Shown: piece after piece, positions 37,961 to 49,371 of the stretch
Position numbering within the stretch: the stretch's first letter is position 1
How the letters are laid out: each line of letters begins with the position of its first letter
Assembly (NCBI GenBank): GCA_030141605.1
Contig: JAQGDQ010000318.1
Coordinates: forward strand, 62,001 to 126,000
Source: Tubiluchus corallicola
Taxonomy: Eukaryota > Animalia > Priapulida
Direction of reading: 5' to 3'
Length of the DNA stretch: 64,000 bases
Program-made: the position numbers and the translations under genes
The notes under the pieces: generated by a model
Database searches by the model: none
What the model saw: the letters and a program-made list of their open reading frames with translations, nothing else
What the model was told of the DNA's origin: nothing

Positions 37961-39055
37961 ATGGAGTGGCTCTATAGTGGAGCATCTGCGCTCATTAATA
38001 AGGATGATTATCTTTTGGGCAAACCTGTAGATAAGAACTTTGAGCTCTTACAGAGTGGAAGTTTAGACCTCGAGGCAGCAAGTGGGTCGAGTGTAGCGCC
38101 CTCACTCGATTACGAGACTAAGATTAGGGAAGACCCGTTGTGTGCCATCAGGAAAAAACAGGAAGAACAACGCAGGCAGTGGCTGAACAATCCAATAAAA
38201 ATGAAGCAAATTCAGAAGATGCTTGAGCAACAGCAGCAGCAGCAAAAAGAGGAGAAGAGGAAGAAGAAAAAGCAAAAGAAACACAAAAGGAAAGTCAAGC
38301 ACAAAAAAGCTGATGATAGTGGTGACGTAAGTGTTTCTGGTCATTCTTTCAAGGATAAAAAACGGAAAATGGCCTCAGATTCTGACCACACAGATCCAAC
38401 ATTTATGGGTATGGATGTTAATAAATTAAAAAAGTATCTTTTGCAAGATGGACTTGGTGATCATTCGTCATCCAGCTCTGATGAGGCAACAATGACGGGC
38501 GCATCCAGAGGTCGCGCAAAACAATCTTGGGGCAAGAGCAAGCATAGAGATACTTATTCATCTAGCGACGAAAATCACAGTCATAAGCGATCAGAGACTA
38601 CGCACGAGACAAATTTCGATAAGACAAAACAAGAGAGACATAGAAAAGATGACGAACATGAAAATAAACGACGTTTTAGCAAAAGCTCAAAGCATTCGCC
38701 GTCACCTTCAGCTACGAAAGACTCAGTAATGCGAACGGCAGAGTCGAAATCATATAATATGGTTTTCCAAAAACCAGTGCGTAAAAAACTTAGTGCCGAT
38801 GAAATGGAAAAGAGGCGTGAAGAAATGGAAACGAACTCAAAGTGGCGTGATGAGACAAGAAAACAAAGTGTAGATAAGTATAACAGGGACGAAGCTAAAG
38901 AACTGGAAACACAGTTCAAACGCAAAGCAGATTTCATCGCGCCCATGGTGTCCCAAGCCACCGGGAAGAGTTCTGTAGAAGATAGAATCAAGCGCAACAT
39001 ATACAAAGTGCGGCAATCTGGGAAATCTTTAGACACAAACTTTGCGAAAAAATGA
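37961..39055 (+). CDS. CWC25: CWC25-like pre-mRNA splicing factor, intronless ORF lacking the N-terminal Cir_N segment (364 aa)
   Basis: EWLYSG...DDYLLGKPVDK, KIREDPL..I, LNNPIKMK, R.EM..N.KWR, SSVEDRIKRN...Q motifs; ATG in strong Kozak context GCTACCATGG. Confidence 0.85.
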   Translation: MEWLYSGASALINKDDYLLGKPVDKNFELLQSGSLDLEAASGSSVAPSLDYETKIREDPLCAIRKKQEEQRRQWLNNPIKMKQIQKMLEQQQQQQKEEKRKKKKQKKHKRKVKHKKADDSGDVSVSGHSFKDKKRKMASDSDHTDPTFMGMDVNKLKKYLLQDGLGDHSSSSSDEATMTGASRGRAKQSWGKSKHRDTYSSSDENHSHKRSETTHETNFDKTKQERHRKDDEHENKRRFSKSSKHSPSPSATKDSVMRTAESKSYNMVFQKPVRKKLSADEMEKRREEMETNSKWRDETRKQSVDKYNRDEAKELETQFKRKADFIAPMVSQATGKSSVEDRIKRNIYKVRQSGKSLDTNFAKK

Positions 39056-40736
39056 AACGTCATTTTCGATTTTGAATAACGTGCATGACAGAGAGTGAAG
39101 AGCTAATGAGTGAAAAAATGATCCGCTTTAGTGTTCTGTAAAAGATACGATTGATAACAGAAAACTGACAAATCTTACATTGTATATAATTACACTCATG
39201 TAGACACACACAGTTCTACGTTTTGTTTATATACATACGTGATTTTAACGTATTCTTGACTATCCCACTTTATAAACATCATAATAAAAAACCGTTATAA
39301 TTAAAAATCTAATTGAAATCGCTCCCACCGTCCATGTAATTATCCATAATTAAGAAACATTCACATTTGCGCAGTGTGCACCTTGCGAGCTGGGATCAGA
39401 ACTCGGTGGTGGGGCAAGCTAAACATGGCCATTGTGGCAGGACTGAAATATAGGTCACTATCCGGATCTGAATAATCCTTAGCGGAGATAGCTTAGTCAC
39501 CTGCAGACTTGTGCATGACCACCCTCCACAAAGCAGTGCTTTTTTAAGAAATTGTGACTGGACAGGGTATTTTACACAAGGACTCGACAAGCAGCAAGGG
39601 GTTTAGGGGAGGACGTTTTACTCCCCATATTTGATCACATTTTGGAAGCATCTACGAGAACTTTAAGGCAATGTCCTAGAACAACTTATTTTGGTTGAAA
39701 CAAATAAGCGTTTACAGTGTTTTGCAGACCCTGAATCATTACTTAAAAGGTAATTTAATCAATTTCTCTTTGCAGGTAATGTCCAAAAAAGAATTTGTAC
39801 CCCTTCTGCATTTCGAGGGTGTCTGAGGGCACTTTTCATTGAATTTTTTACATGTACCAGTTTTTGTTTCTGTAAGTCTTATAATTATGATTACTGAACT
39901 CCTTTCTTAGTTTAGTTTAGTTTATTTATTCAATCAGTTTATTCTAAAACTTCAGGCAGAGCAAAATGTTGTTTAACATTGTTTTTTTAGATGTTTCTTA
40001 ACATTTATTCAATCCAAATACAATTGTACTGTATTGTATATAATAAACTCAATATGATAAAACTCAAACAATATCAGTTTTAACAATTATTGATAAACCT
40101 GAAAGTGGAAAATGACCACCTGTAGCATTTACAAAAATAAATATGTATGGATGCGGTAAGGGTTAGGGGGGGATAGGGGGGCTGCTGGGGGTATGCATCA
40201 CCAAATTCCTATGTCCTTGCCACAAAGAAAAGTTTGGCATACGTGAAGTCAGCGAAACATGGGTGGTCATCCATCGTTCATATTTACAAACCAGACATTA
40301 CCATAGGTAATCACATATCGTGACTATTCGGCTGTTTAACTGGCTGCCTAATTTGATTGATGTTGATGGGATTGCCTATGGAAATCTGTTGAGTAGCAAA
40401 TCCATCTTTTAGTCGGCAAATTAACCGGATATTTTGCATGCTTGACTATTTTGCATGCTTGACTGATTTCTTAAGCCACGAATGATGAAAGGTGAATGAA
40501 AGTTATATGCTATATACTCACATGTAAAGAAATACTTTGACAGTTACGTCATTCGACTTGCTCAACGAAAAAATGGCGGAGCTTCAAATTTAATGCCGCT
40601 AAGAAGGAAGTGATAAAAAAATGAAGAAACAAATTTTACTGCATGTGTATAATAAAATAAATTGAATATTCACATTGAGAGTACGATTTTGATTTGTAAA
40701 TGCTTATATTATAGTTTGGGCTTAGTTTCACTTTAA

Positions 40737-41384
40737 AGGAAGACCGGGCGATTGTTGAGACGCAATCTCATTTTAATTTACTCCCCAAAATATACATTTT
40801 CTGGCCTATAAAAGTTAACAGTTGTTCCTTATGTTTGAATAATTAGCTTAGAAAGTTAATTAACGGTAACCGAACACAGCTATTGCTTATGTCAGAAACT
40901 AACCACAGTTTGTGCAATGGCAGGCGTCTTCCCTTGTGCATCAAGCACATTTGCATAAGTGTTACAGTACTGCTTAAACACATGTCACAAAAAACGGGCT
41001 CTACATCACATGACGTCAGAAACTAACACAACAGTTCATGATCATGGCTATCATGGTACCGCCTTCTATTTGTCGGCCACACGCATGTGACAAAATGGGC
41101 TCTAAGGCCATATGAAGTCAGACACTAACACTGCAGTTCATGATCATGCTTATCACGGTACCGCCTTCTATTTGTCGGCCATGCGCATGTGACAAAAAGG
41201 CGCCATTGCCAATCTTAGTAGATTCATTGAGCCGCGCGTAGCTTTGAAAGTTTGACGAAATTTGAGTATCCAAAGTAATTATTATTTAATCTAAGTTTTG
41301 ATTTAAGAAAAGCTATTGTAGTTTTCAATATTTTAGAGTATTCTTTATTCTGAACTGATGTTTACACAATCGCACGGTTTTCCT
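40737..41384. mobile_element. Kolobok-like MITE
   Basis: TTAA TSD; TIR AGGAAGACCGGGCGATTG / CAATCGCACGGTTTTCCT (16/18); internal about 99-bp tandem duplication. Confidence 0.85.
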
Positions 41385-41978
41385 TTAAATTTGTGTAAGG
41401 TTTTCAATGATGAATTTAGAACACTGCAATATTCTTGCAGCGGCCAAAGTTCGCACAACTTGGAAAACTAGGTGCAAAAATATAATACTAATAGCACTCT
41501 AGAATCCTGTGTGATGAAAAAATGGGTTTAAAATAACGATCAAATAAAATAATAAACAACATAGTCACAAAATTTGTTATACAACTACAAGTGAAAAAAG
41601 TGCTAATTACAATTGAAAATCTATTGTATAAGTATAATATACTACACACCCTCACTGCAATGCAGACAAAGGACGATCCTCAGCTACAAAGCCAGCTTTC
41701 GTCTTATGGTTAAGTATCTTAAATTGCTCCTTTGCTACAGTATACATTTAGGTCTATGAATATGATTATATTTTTTCCAAGATCCGGTCAAGAATTCAGT
41801 CAAAATCTGCTAAAAAGCGCAAGTTATAGAAAGTTATATCGCTCGGTAATGCTTATTATACAAAAGTAATACTAATATTAATAATACAGCTAAAAATTTC
41901 TTAGCTGCAGGTTTTTGCGACTGTTACTGGCATCATCTATTTAGCTTCTGCAGCCATTGTTATAACGACATGGAATAC

Positions 41979-42089
41979 CTGAAATCTGGCAAAGGCAGGT
42001 GATGAATGCAAGCCTGGTGCTATTAATATTGGCAAATTTTCCAAACCTTCACTTAAGTCCATCTGTTTTACTTCTACGTGCGCGGCCAT
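41979..42089 (-). CDS. SETMAR: SETMAR-type methyltransferase, exon 1
   Basis: MAAHVEVKQMDLSEGLENLPI...ARFQ ends at a phase-0 CAG/GTATTC donor; D...G.ENLP...FQ/Y.P...GPG is the SETMAR exon1/exon2 junction as I recall it. Confidence 0.85.
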
Positions 42090-44056
42090 TTGACCCACGC
42101 TGAAATTTGGTAAACAGGAGGAAATGCGAATTATTAGATTTCTGATGTGCAGCACAAACAGTTCCTGACCGTATAGCACTGATAGTACATGTATGAACAA
42201 GGCGGCAAGCACATCTATGATATAATTATAATATTATATATTATTACATTGTGAAAAATTATTATTATGCATGGTACCAACATACAGATCAGTATCACAT
42301 AGTAAAAAATCAGCATAATTAAATTTTGTTTATGTTTATTTATGCTTCATTACTGTTGCATTAATCATTACGCTTAGTACGACCTATTTTGTGCTGTACA
42401 GAATACTGAATACATATAATGCATCATAATAGTATTGGTTAATAATTATTTTTAATAATTATTATTTTAATGTGCATTTTTATTAATACATTCTCGTTTG
42501 TGCATCCATCTGTTGAATTACAAAATTAATAAAGTTGTGTGTTAGTTGGTGTGTTAGCATAATAGTTAAGTTGATCGAAGATGCTAGTGCAACTAAATCA
42601 TCAAAAGTCACTTGTGGAATAATTGGTTGTATTTTTAAATTCACGTTAGGGTTATACACTTAACTACTGCAAGTACTGTTGAGTGATTATATGTTCTATG
42701 CTGGCTGCCCACAAAACACTGTGAACTGCTCCATTAAAATTTAATAACAACGTTATTTCATGTGAATAAAAATTCTGCGAGCTAAAATTTTCCTGATTTA
42801 TGTGCCTGAAAGAATCATTGATGAACCCATAACTAAACAGGCACTAATTATATTGTTCTCTGCATTTTCTCTTTCTCTTTATCCATTTTTGTACAAAAAG
42901 TAAACTGTACAGTGTACAAGTGCCACATTTTGTCCATTACAATGTGATTTTGGTTATATTACAAACAAACGAGCTCAAAAATACTCTTTTAATCCAAATT
43001 TATTGTAAAAACTTGATTACTGGAGCTAATGTCGTGGTAAACCTTACTTATTTATACCCACAAATAAACGTAAAACGCAAGTCACATTCGTCGCTTCATA
43101 TGAACGATTTTTATTTCATTTATTGATTAATAAAATGTAACAATGTAATAATGCTAAAAATTTACACTCGTGGTGACAGACAATTAAAAAAAACAAATTT
43201 TAATCATTCAAATTGAAACTTATAAAAGAAAAAAGTAAAGTCTGTAAAATATTATCCTGATATATTGTTGAGAACATTAGTTTTGTTAGTTGCACTTGAT
43301 GTAATAGTCTTATTAAGTAGTGTTGTTACTTTAAACAAAACGCTGATACTTACTCCGTGAGTGAATTATAGAAAGAAAGAGCTTGAACTGCTGCCAAATT
43401 AGGTTCTTTCTTCGCATTACTATTACTATTACGAATGTACTGTTTCTAATGACAATGCGCAAAAATGCAAATTTTAATTGCACAACTTTAATTCAATCAA
43501 AATGTGGCAGTTAAGCGTAACAATGGAATCTTATGATTGGGTACCTTCCATTAAACATACAAATGAGATAGAAAAAACAATAAAACAATTCTTTCTATAT
43601 TTGCTACCATCTTTCACAAAATTCAGCGACTCTTAGTGTTTGGAGCCTAAAATTTTTAAAGTTTTAAAAGTGAACAGTGCATTCTTATCAAGTCTAAATA
43701 CAATTAACGCAGTTTTGCGCCGCCGCTGCTAATTTTTAGTAATATTTTTTATTTAAGCAATAAAATAAGAAATAAGGAAATGAAAATTTTGGGGAGGAAC
43801 TATGAGTCTTCTCCTCTCCGATAAGTTAAATCAACATGTTTTTGCCTACTACTCCAGACTTCTAAGGAGGCCTCTTAGCAACTTGCATACTCCAGTGCCC
43901 AGTGTGTCAATCACGTTAGCCTCAGAAAAAAGGTTCTCACTCTTATCAATTAAAAACACGAGACCTTTTACCAACTTGCATACTCCGAGTATGCCTTACT
44001 TTCGTTCATTATCACTGGTTTCTCCAATTTTCTTTCACAATTCTTGACTGTTTTAC

Positions 44057-44164
44057 CACCTTTTGCCCTATAGTCAAAGTAGTAAAGTATTGGTCCCACT
44101 ACTATGGCATACAAAACCAGAAGCGACCACACAGGTTTGGAGAATGGGTCTGTTACTCTAAAAC
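44057..44164 (-). pseudogene. Orphan exon resembling ionotropic glutamate receptor / IR pre-M1-M1 segment
   Basis: AG/GT-bounded 108-bp exon; FRVTDPFSKPVWSLLVLYAIVVGPILYYFDYR fits PFS..VW plus TM helix; no partner exons recognised. Confidence 0.55.
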
Positions 44165-44779
44165 CTGCTAATCGACATAAACACATAAAAATCATGTGCA
44201 ATTGGATGAAGAAACGTGATATGTTTTGTTTTTTCTGACCACATTGTGATTAGCCAAGTAACAAGTCGAATTCTCCGGTATCGATGAAATAATCTGCAGC
44301 TTTTTTTTGTTTAAGGGTTGACATTTTGCACGTGAAGTTTGCCGCTTCACTGAGCATCATAAGCAGCTGGCCAAAAATGGCCTCATGGGGTCAGCTGTTC
44401 ACAATCCCACTCGAAGCATAGCTCTATGGAGTGAGTAACTCCAGCTGGAATTTTGGTCATACAAGCTGTTGCAATTTTCAGCTCTTGTTTCTGTTTTACA
44501 CAAAGTTCTATCAAAGCAAAAACATTCAAGGAAATAAAAAAATATATTACGAGTTTTGAGAAATGATGACATTTTTTTATTTTAGTAGTTCAAATCACAA
44601 ACTTTAAATGAGTCACATTACACACTCATGATGTGTTTTCTACAGATTATTACCCTAGCAGATGATGTAGTAGCTAATATTACTATTACCCTAGCAGATG
44701 ATGTAGTAGCTAATATTACTATTACCCTAACAGGCAGATTCTTATTAAAACACTCTTTAGAAGAATTGTGAATGTCTCT

Positions 44780-45150
44780 CTAGAAGATGACATTTCGTGT
44801 GGAAAGGCAAGCGACAAGTAGGTACAGAACCATTGATGTACCATGCTGGTAGATGCTGATGCTGCCAGACATATTTATTGGGACACAAGTGCAGTTTGGA
44901 TGGTAGCTTTCTTTATATATTAAGGATCGACAAGAACAGTTGCAGCTGCTGCTGTAGTGGGCGAACGCAGTTTCGCAGATGTTGGCACTGTGGTTCTTCA
45001 CGGCGTCGTCTATGCACTGCTCCCTAAACCCTTCCAGGGTTATCTCGTGTGTAGTGTGGTGGAGCTTTGGCACATCACAATCGGTGGTGGAAGAGCGGAA
45101 ATTCTCTCCTTTTATCCAAGACATTTTGCAGTTACAAATCAGTTTATTTT
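44780..45150 (-). CDS. LRR protein copy A, exon 4 (LRRCT 2, Cys-rich, GPI-like tail)
   Basis: ENKLICNCKMSW...; ends SGS-spacer-MVLYLLVACL..VIF*; spliced total 1734 bp = 577 aa. Confidence 0.85.
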
Positions 45151-45265
45151 CTGCAACACAAGCAAATTTCCATTACGCAAATTAGACAAGCACAAATAAA
45201 AAATACCAGAACCAAACGTTCTTGTTCATAGGAGAGAACCTCTTTTCCCCATCAATGCCAAATTA

Positions 45266-45510
45266 CACTTAATTGTGACGTCACATCGGGCTTTGAAAGT
45301 GATATCCAATCGGTGTTCAACTACAGCACTTAATTATGACGTCACCTCGGGCTTTGAAAGTGACATCCAATCGGTGTTCAACTACAGCACTTAATTGTGA
45401 CGTCACATTGGGCTTTGAAAGTGACATCCAATCAATGCTCAACTACAGCACTTAATTATGACGTCACCTTGGGCTTTGAAAGTGATATCCAGTCGGTGAT
45501 AAACTACAGC
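45266..45510. repeat. 61-bp tandem repeat x4 with TGACGTCA and CCAAT per unit (copy B about 56250-56490)
   Basis: Direct reading. Confidence 0.92.
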
Positions 45511-45849
45511 AAGTCCAAGGTCACACAAGAATTTCTTCTTTCAACTAGCCTTGATATTGATAGGTTCTATACAGCACTTTCTAGTCAAAATTCGAAAATA
45601 ATGTAAATTTAGCAATTAGTAGACCTATTTGCCAATAGAAATTAGATAATTATTACACCAAAAATTGAAAGCACACGAGCAGGGTGGTCAGCCTAGTAAC
45701 TTGAATTCAGTCTTAAACTAAATCTAAATGTCTCTGAGAATGCTTTAGGCCTAAGCTGATAATCTATCGCCTAGTGGTTGCACAGTAATGATACACAACC
45801 ATAAGCACTGTAGTTAATGTAGTGATAATATCCTGGTAATAGAGCTACA

Positions 45850-46290
45850 GGTAAAAAGTCACAATTGAAAAATGACAAGAAAGAATCGGGAGAGAAAAGG
45901 GCTCAGGAAAAAAGAAACAGTCCTAACCAAAACGCCATCCCTATCACTAACCCTAACTACTAATCCTAACTCTAACCAAAATTAATTGTGACTTTTTCCT
46001 AGCCAAATTTGTGACTTTTTTCCTAGGTAAAGTTGTGACTTTTACCTAGCCTAATTTGCAACTTTTTCTAGGCAAATTTGTGACTTTTTCCTTGCCAAAT
46101 ATGTGATTTTCCTAACCAAAAAATTGTGACTTTTTGTTAGCCAAAATTGTGACTTTTTACAAGCCAAAACTGTGACTTTTTCCAAGCCAAAATTGTGACT
46201 TTTCCTACCCACAATTGTGATTTTTTTCCTAGCCAAAATTGTGACTTTTCCGTTACTTTTTTCCTGTGAATTTATTGCCAGGCACCTTTC
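45850..46290. mobile_element. Repeat with CTAACC tract and about 24-bp AAATTGTGACTTTTTCCTAGCC array (Helentron/HINE-like; copy B about 56700-57175)
   Basis: AAAAGTCACAATT at left is inverse of array unit; family assignment is tentative. Confidence 0.45.
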
Positions 46291-46399
46291 TAGACGTGGC
46301 AAGTAGTGAGAAGCCAATCTGTTAGAGTCAATAATTCATCTGCCAAAGCAATTTGATACGAAGCCAACATATCTGTAACTTATTAGCATATTATACTAC

Positions 46400-46933
46400 C
46401 TTCTAAGGTGATGTTGATTTTGCTTGGCTTCACATCAGGATGGAACAGTAATGGTGCAACGCTTTTAATCCCATTTTTCGACAGAACTATCTTGCTGATA
46501 AAGCGGCTTGAGGTCAGGTCAAGGTCAAGTGATTTCAGATTCTTCTGTCCCACGATGTAAATTTTTCTCAGGTCGTACATTCTACTAAGTGCCTTCTTGT
46601 CGATGCTTACCATTTGCGCATTTCCGATTAATCGCAGGACTCTAAAGCTGCCACCAAAATCAAATTGTCTGACACCGTAAATGCTCGAATATGCGAGGTC
46701 CAACGTCCCAACGCCTCTGTCGCTGAGAAATGACTCTGGCAGCCAGTCACTGTTGTAATTCACGATTCGGAGGGAGTAGTCGAAATTACCGGTTAGAGAG
46801 TTTGAAATATCTACCAGCATTGACTTGTCTGAAAGAACAGTGTTTCGTCCACAGACAACGTGGCAGTAACTGATATCTTCTTTGTCCTCGTTAACTGTTT
46901 CACAGTATCGTTTATCAATTGGACAATATTTCT
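46400..46933 (-). CDS. LRR protein copy A, exon 3 (Cys cap, LRR module 2)
   Basis: EKYCPIDKRYCE...CHVVCG, homologous to exon 1; 534 bp, phase 1-1. Confidence 0.85.
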
Positions 46934-47611
46934 CTGCAAAAACATTCAGCAAGTATAAAATATAGTGCAATCACTGTAATACAATGCAATACTACGCAAT
47001 GCAGTATTAGAGAATACACTACAATACGACGCAATACTCTACACTACGATATGATATAATCCAATGCAATACAATACATCAATACATACAACGAATGTAA
47101 TTTGGGAACTATAACGACAACGCCATTCTGGACGAAATGCATTGTACTTATCAAACAAAAGGTCTCGATCTAGTCGTATCTGTTATCAATAATGATTGTA
47201 ATTTTTCAATCGGGGCCAACGGTAGGAATTGGTGCACAAACTGGCCATTTTCGCCGGTTTTTTGCAAAACCTATACCTCTTATTTCTAGAAAACTGGAAA
47301 ACTAGAACCTTACCTAGTTAATTTTTCTTGTTTCCAGGCAAGATCCTGCTGGTAAGTCAATGTACAGACTAATGCATAATTAAATAAAGTCCGCGTAAAA
47401 CAACTGCAGTTAGTGAACTGATGCGGAAGACGGCTTTGCTTTACACATGTCACGTGACGGTTGTAATTATGACGCGTTACTGTGGTACAGTTAAGCTTTG
47501 ATCTACAGCAACTTCGCACAACGAAACTGCAGAAAGGCTGATTGAGCTATCAAGCCATTTTTATAACCTTGGATAACCTACACGCTGCTTAATGATTATC
47601 TTATCAATTAC

Positions 47612-47815
47612 CTGGTGTGACGCCACAACCATGATAATATTTCTTATAAATCGGAATCTGGCAAACATCTGCATATCCTTCGTCTTTACAACTTTGTACA
47701 AAATGTGCAGCAGTCGCCTCCGCGTGGCCGTGCCTCACCTGACAGTTAACGTGCGAAGATTTCCAGCCAACAATCTTTACCCAGCTCATATCACAATGGC
47801 ATTTCAAACTATTAC
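47612..47815 (-). CDS. LRR protein copy A, exon 2 (LRRCT 1)
   Basis: GNSLKCHCDMSWV is an LRRCT-type N...C.C...W; 204 bp, phase 1-1. Confidence 0.85.
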
Positions 47816-47894
47816 CTATTTGCAAGAATTAAAAATAAAATAAAATAAAATTGCTGAGACTATATACCCTGAGGCAGCATCACTGCATTGTGCA

Positions 47895-48135
47895 ACACAG
47901 TACAGTGGAGTGCCGTGCAGTACAGTAGAGTACAGTGTACAGTACACAATACAGTACACTACAGCACAGTACAGTACAGTACAGTACAGCACAGCACAGC
48001 ACAGCACAGCACAGCACAACACAGCACAGTACACCACAGTGCAGCAAAGTACGATGCGATGCGATGCGATGCAATGCAATGCAATGCATTGCAAATACAA
48101 TACAATGCAATGCAATGCAATGCAATACAATACAA
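47895..48135. repeat. Pentamer microsatellite mix (CAGTA/CAGCA/TGCAA); copy B about 60990-61185
   Basis: Direct reading. Confidence 0.95.
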
Positions 48136-48239
48136 ATTAAATGTCATATACAGCTTACTTTATGATGTTTTGTGCAAAGACAAAATGCTCTAACTAAGAT
48201 TCTCTGATACTCATTAATTTTTTCTTGGGGTTTGCATAA

Positions 48240-48500
48240 GAGCTTCAACTGAGCAGGCAAATTTACTGTGTAAGTCAGCTGTAGTATTAGCAACTGACAC
48301 AGCATCAGCCGAGCTATCTGATTTACTATGTGAGTCAGCTGATGTAGTAGCAACTCACTCAGCTTCATCCGTGCTAACTGATTTACTGCATGAGTCAGCT
48401 GATGTAGTAGCAACTCACTCAGCTTCAGCTGAGCTAGCTGATTTACTCTGTGCTGTACCAGTGCAGTTGATGTAGTCATAACTGACTCAGCTTCAATGCT
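48240..48500. repeat. 60-bp degenerate tandem repeat in LRR intron 1 (copy B about 61905-62160)
   Basis: Lines 48241-48480 repeat in register at 60 bp. Confidence 0.9.
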
Positions 48501-48746
48501 ATAAAGTTAATACAACTATTTTATTTTATATACCAATATGATCCACCTGTGATAAATTCTTGAAAAGAATAATGAAAGGACTGTAAATTTTATTTATTTT
48601 ATGGTACCCCAGTTTTCGTATCAAGCATTGTACTTATAGTCAATAAACTATACTACTGCTATTGCCGAATGATAGCCTTTTGACAATCTACCCCATGACA
48701 AAAGAGACAGAAGCATTAACCCTAAACTTCAACTTGAATTCATTAC

Positions 48747-49371
48747 CTTGCATGATTAACTCTACCTCAGCAGGATCTGTATCATCAGTAATTAATGGCA
48801 TTTTGACTTTGTTAAGCCCCGTGTTATTACTGATGATAATCGACTCTATCAAGCCGCAGTTGGTCAAGTCCAAGTTGACCGTGTCAAGAAGTTCGTTGCT
48901 TTCTATTCTTATGCGTCTTAAATCGAAATTCAAACTGAAGGTCTGTTCTGCGATGGTGCTCAACTTTTTGTTTTCAACAAGCGTGATGTTTGTGGCTGAC
49001 GCGCCAATATCTTTCTCTCTTATTTCTAAGAGCTGACTGTATTTGATTACCAAGTTACCAATACGCTTTCCCGACAGAAAATATGTCGGCAAATAGTCCA
49101 CGTTAATATTCTGAAGTTCCAAGGCGTACGAATACATGCTTGAGATTTTTTCTGAGATTTCTGCTAGCATCTTTTCGCTGTTAAGCCCATCTGGAGTTGC
49201 CGTGGCATTTGCTCCGCATACAATATGGCAGTCGTTCGTATCCGCATAGTCATAGTAAACGAATTCGCAGTATCGTTCGTGAGCTGGGCACACTATCCAC
49301 CCCTGTTGGTTGTGCACGTGGGTAAATTGATGAAAAATTGTTACGTACAGTATCACAAAAACTTTTGTCAT
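48747..49371 (-). CDS. LRR cell-surface protein copy A, exon 1 (signal peptide, Cys cap, LRR module 1)
   Basis: MTKVFVILYVTIF hydrophobic leader; CP....C...C...C cap; LRR-like LRRIRIESN, IESIIISNN; phase-1 donor CAAG/GTAATG. Confidence 0.85.

Noticed and set aside
38102-39063. Minus-strand ORFs overlapping CWC25-like (similarly those antisense to DHCR24, ASB and LRR exons)
   Set aside because: Antisense shadows of real coding sequence
34807-41979. SET exon 1 - ASB fusion protein
   Set aside because: Splicing to the ASB acceptor gives GTG TAA, an immediate stop, out of frame with ASB
45940-45980. Interstitial telomere (CTAACC-like)
   Set aside because: Only a few degenerate units inside a repeat element
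47310-47530. Cys-containing 69-74 aa ORF as a coding exon
   Set aside because: Phase incompatible with flanking phase-1 exons, in-frame stop when spliced, indels between copies
48144-48500. 60-bp repeat as a mucin-like or leucine-rich coding exon of the LRR gene
   Set aside because: Ser/Thr frame has TGA stops and a frameshift; the AG acceptor in copy A is absent in copy B; exon 1 joins exon 2 cleanly without it
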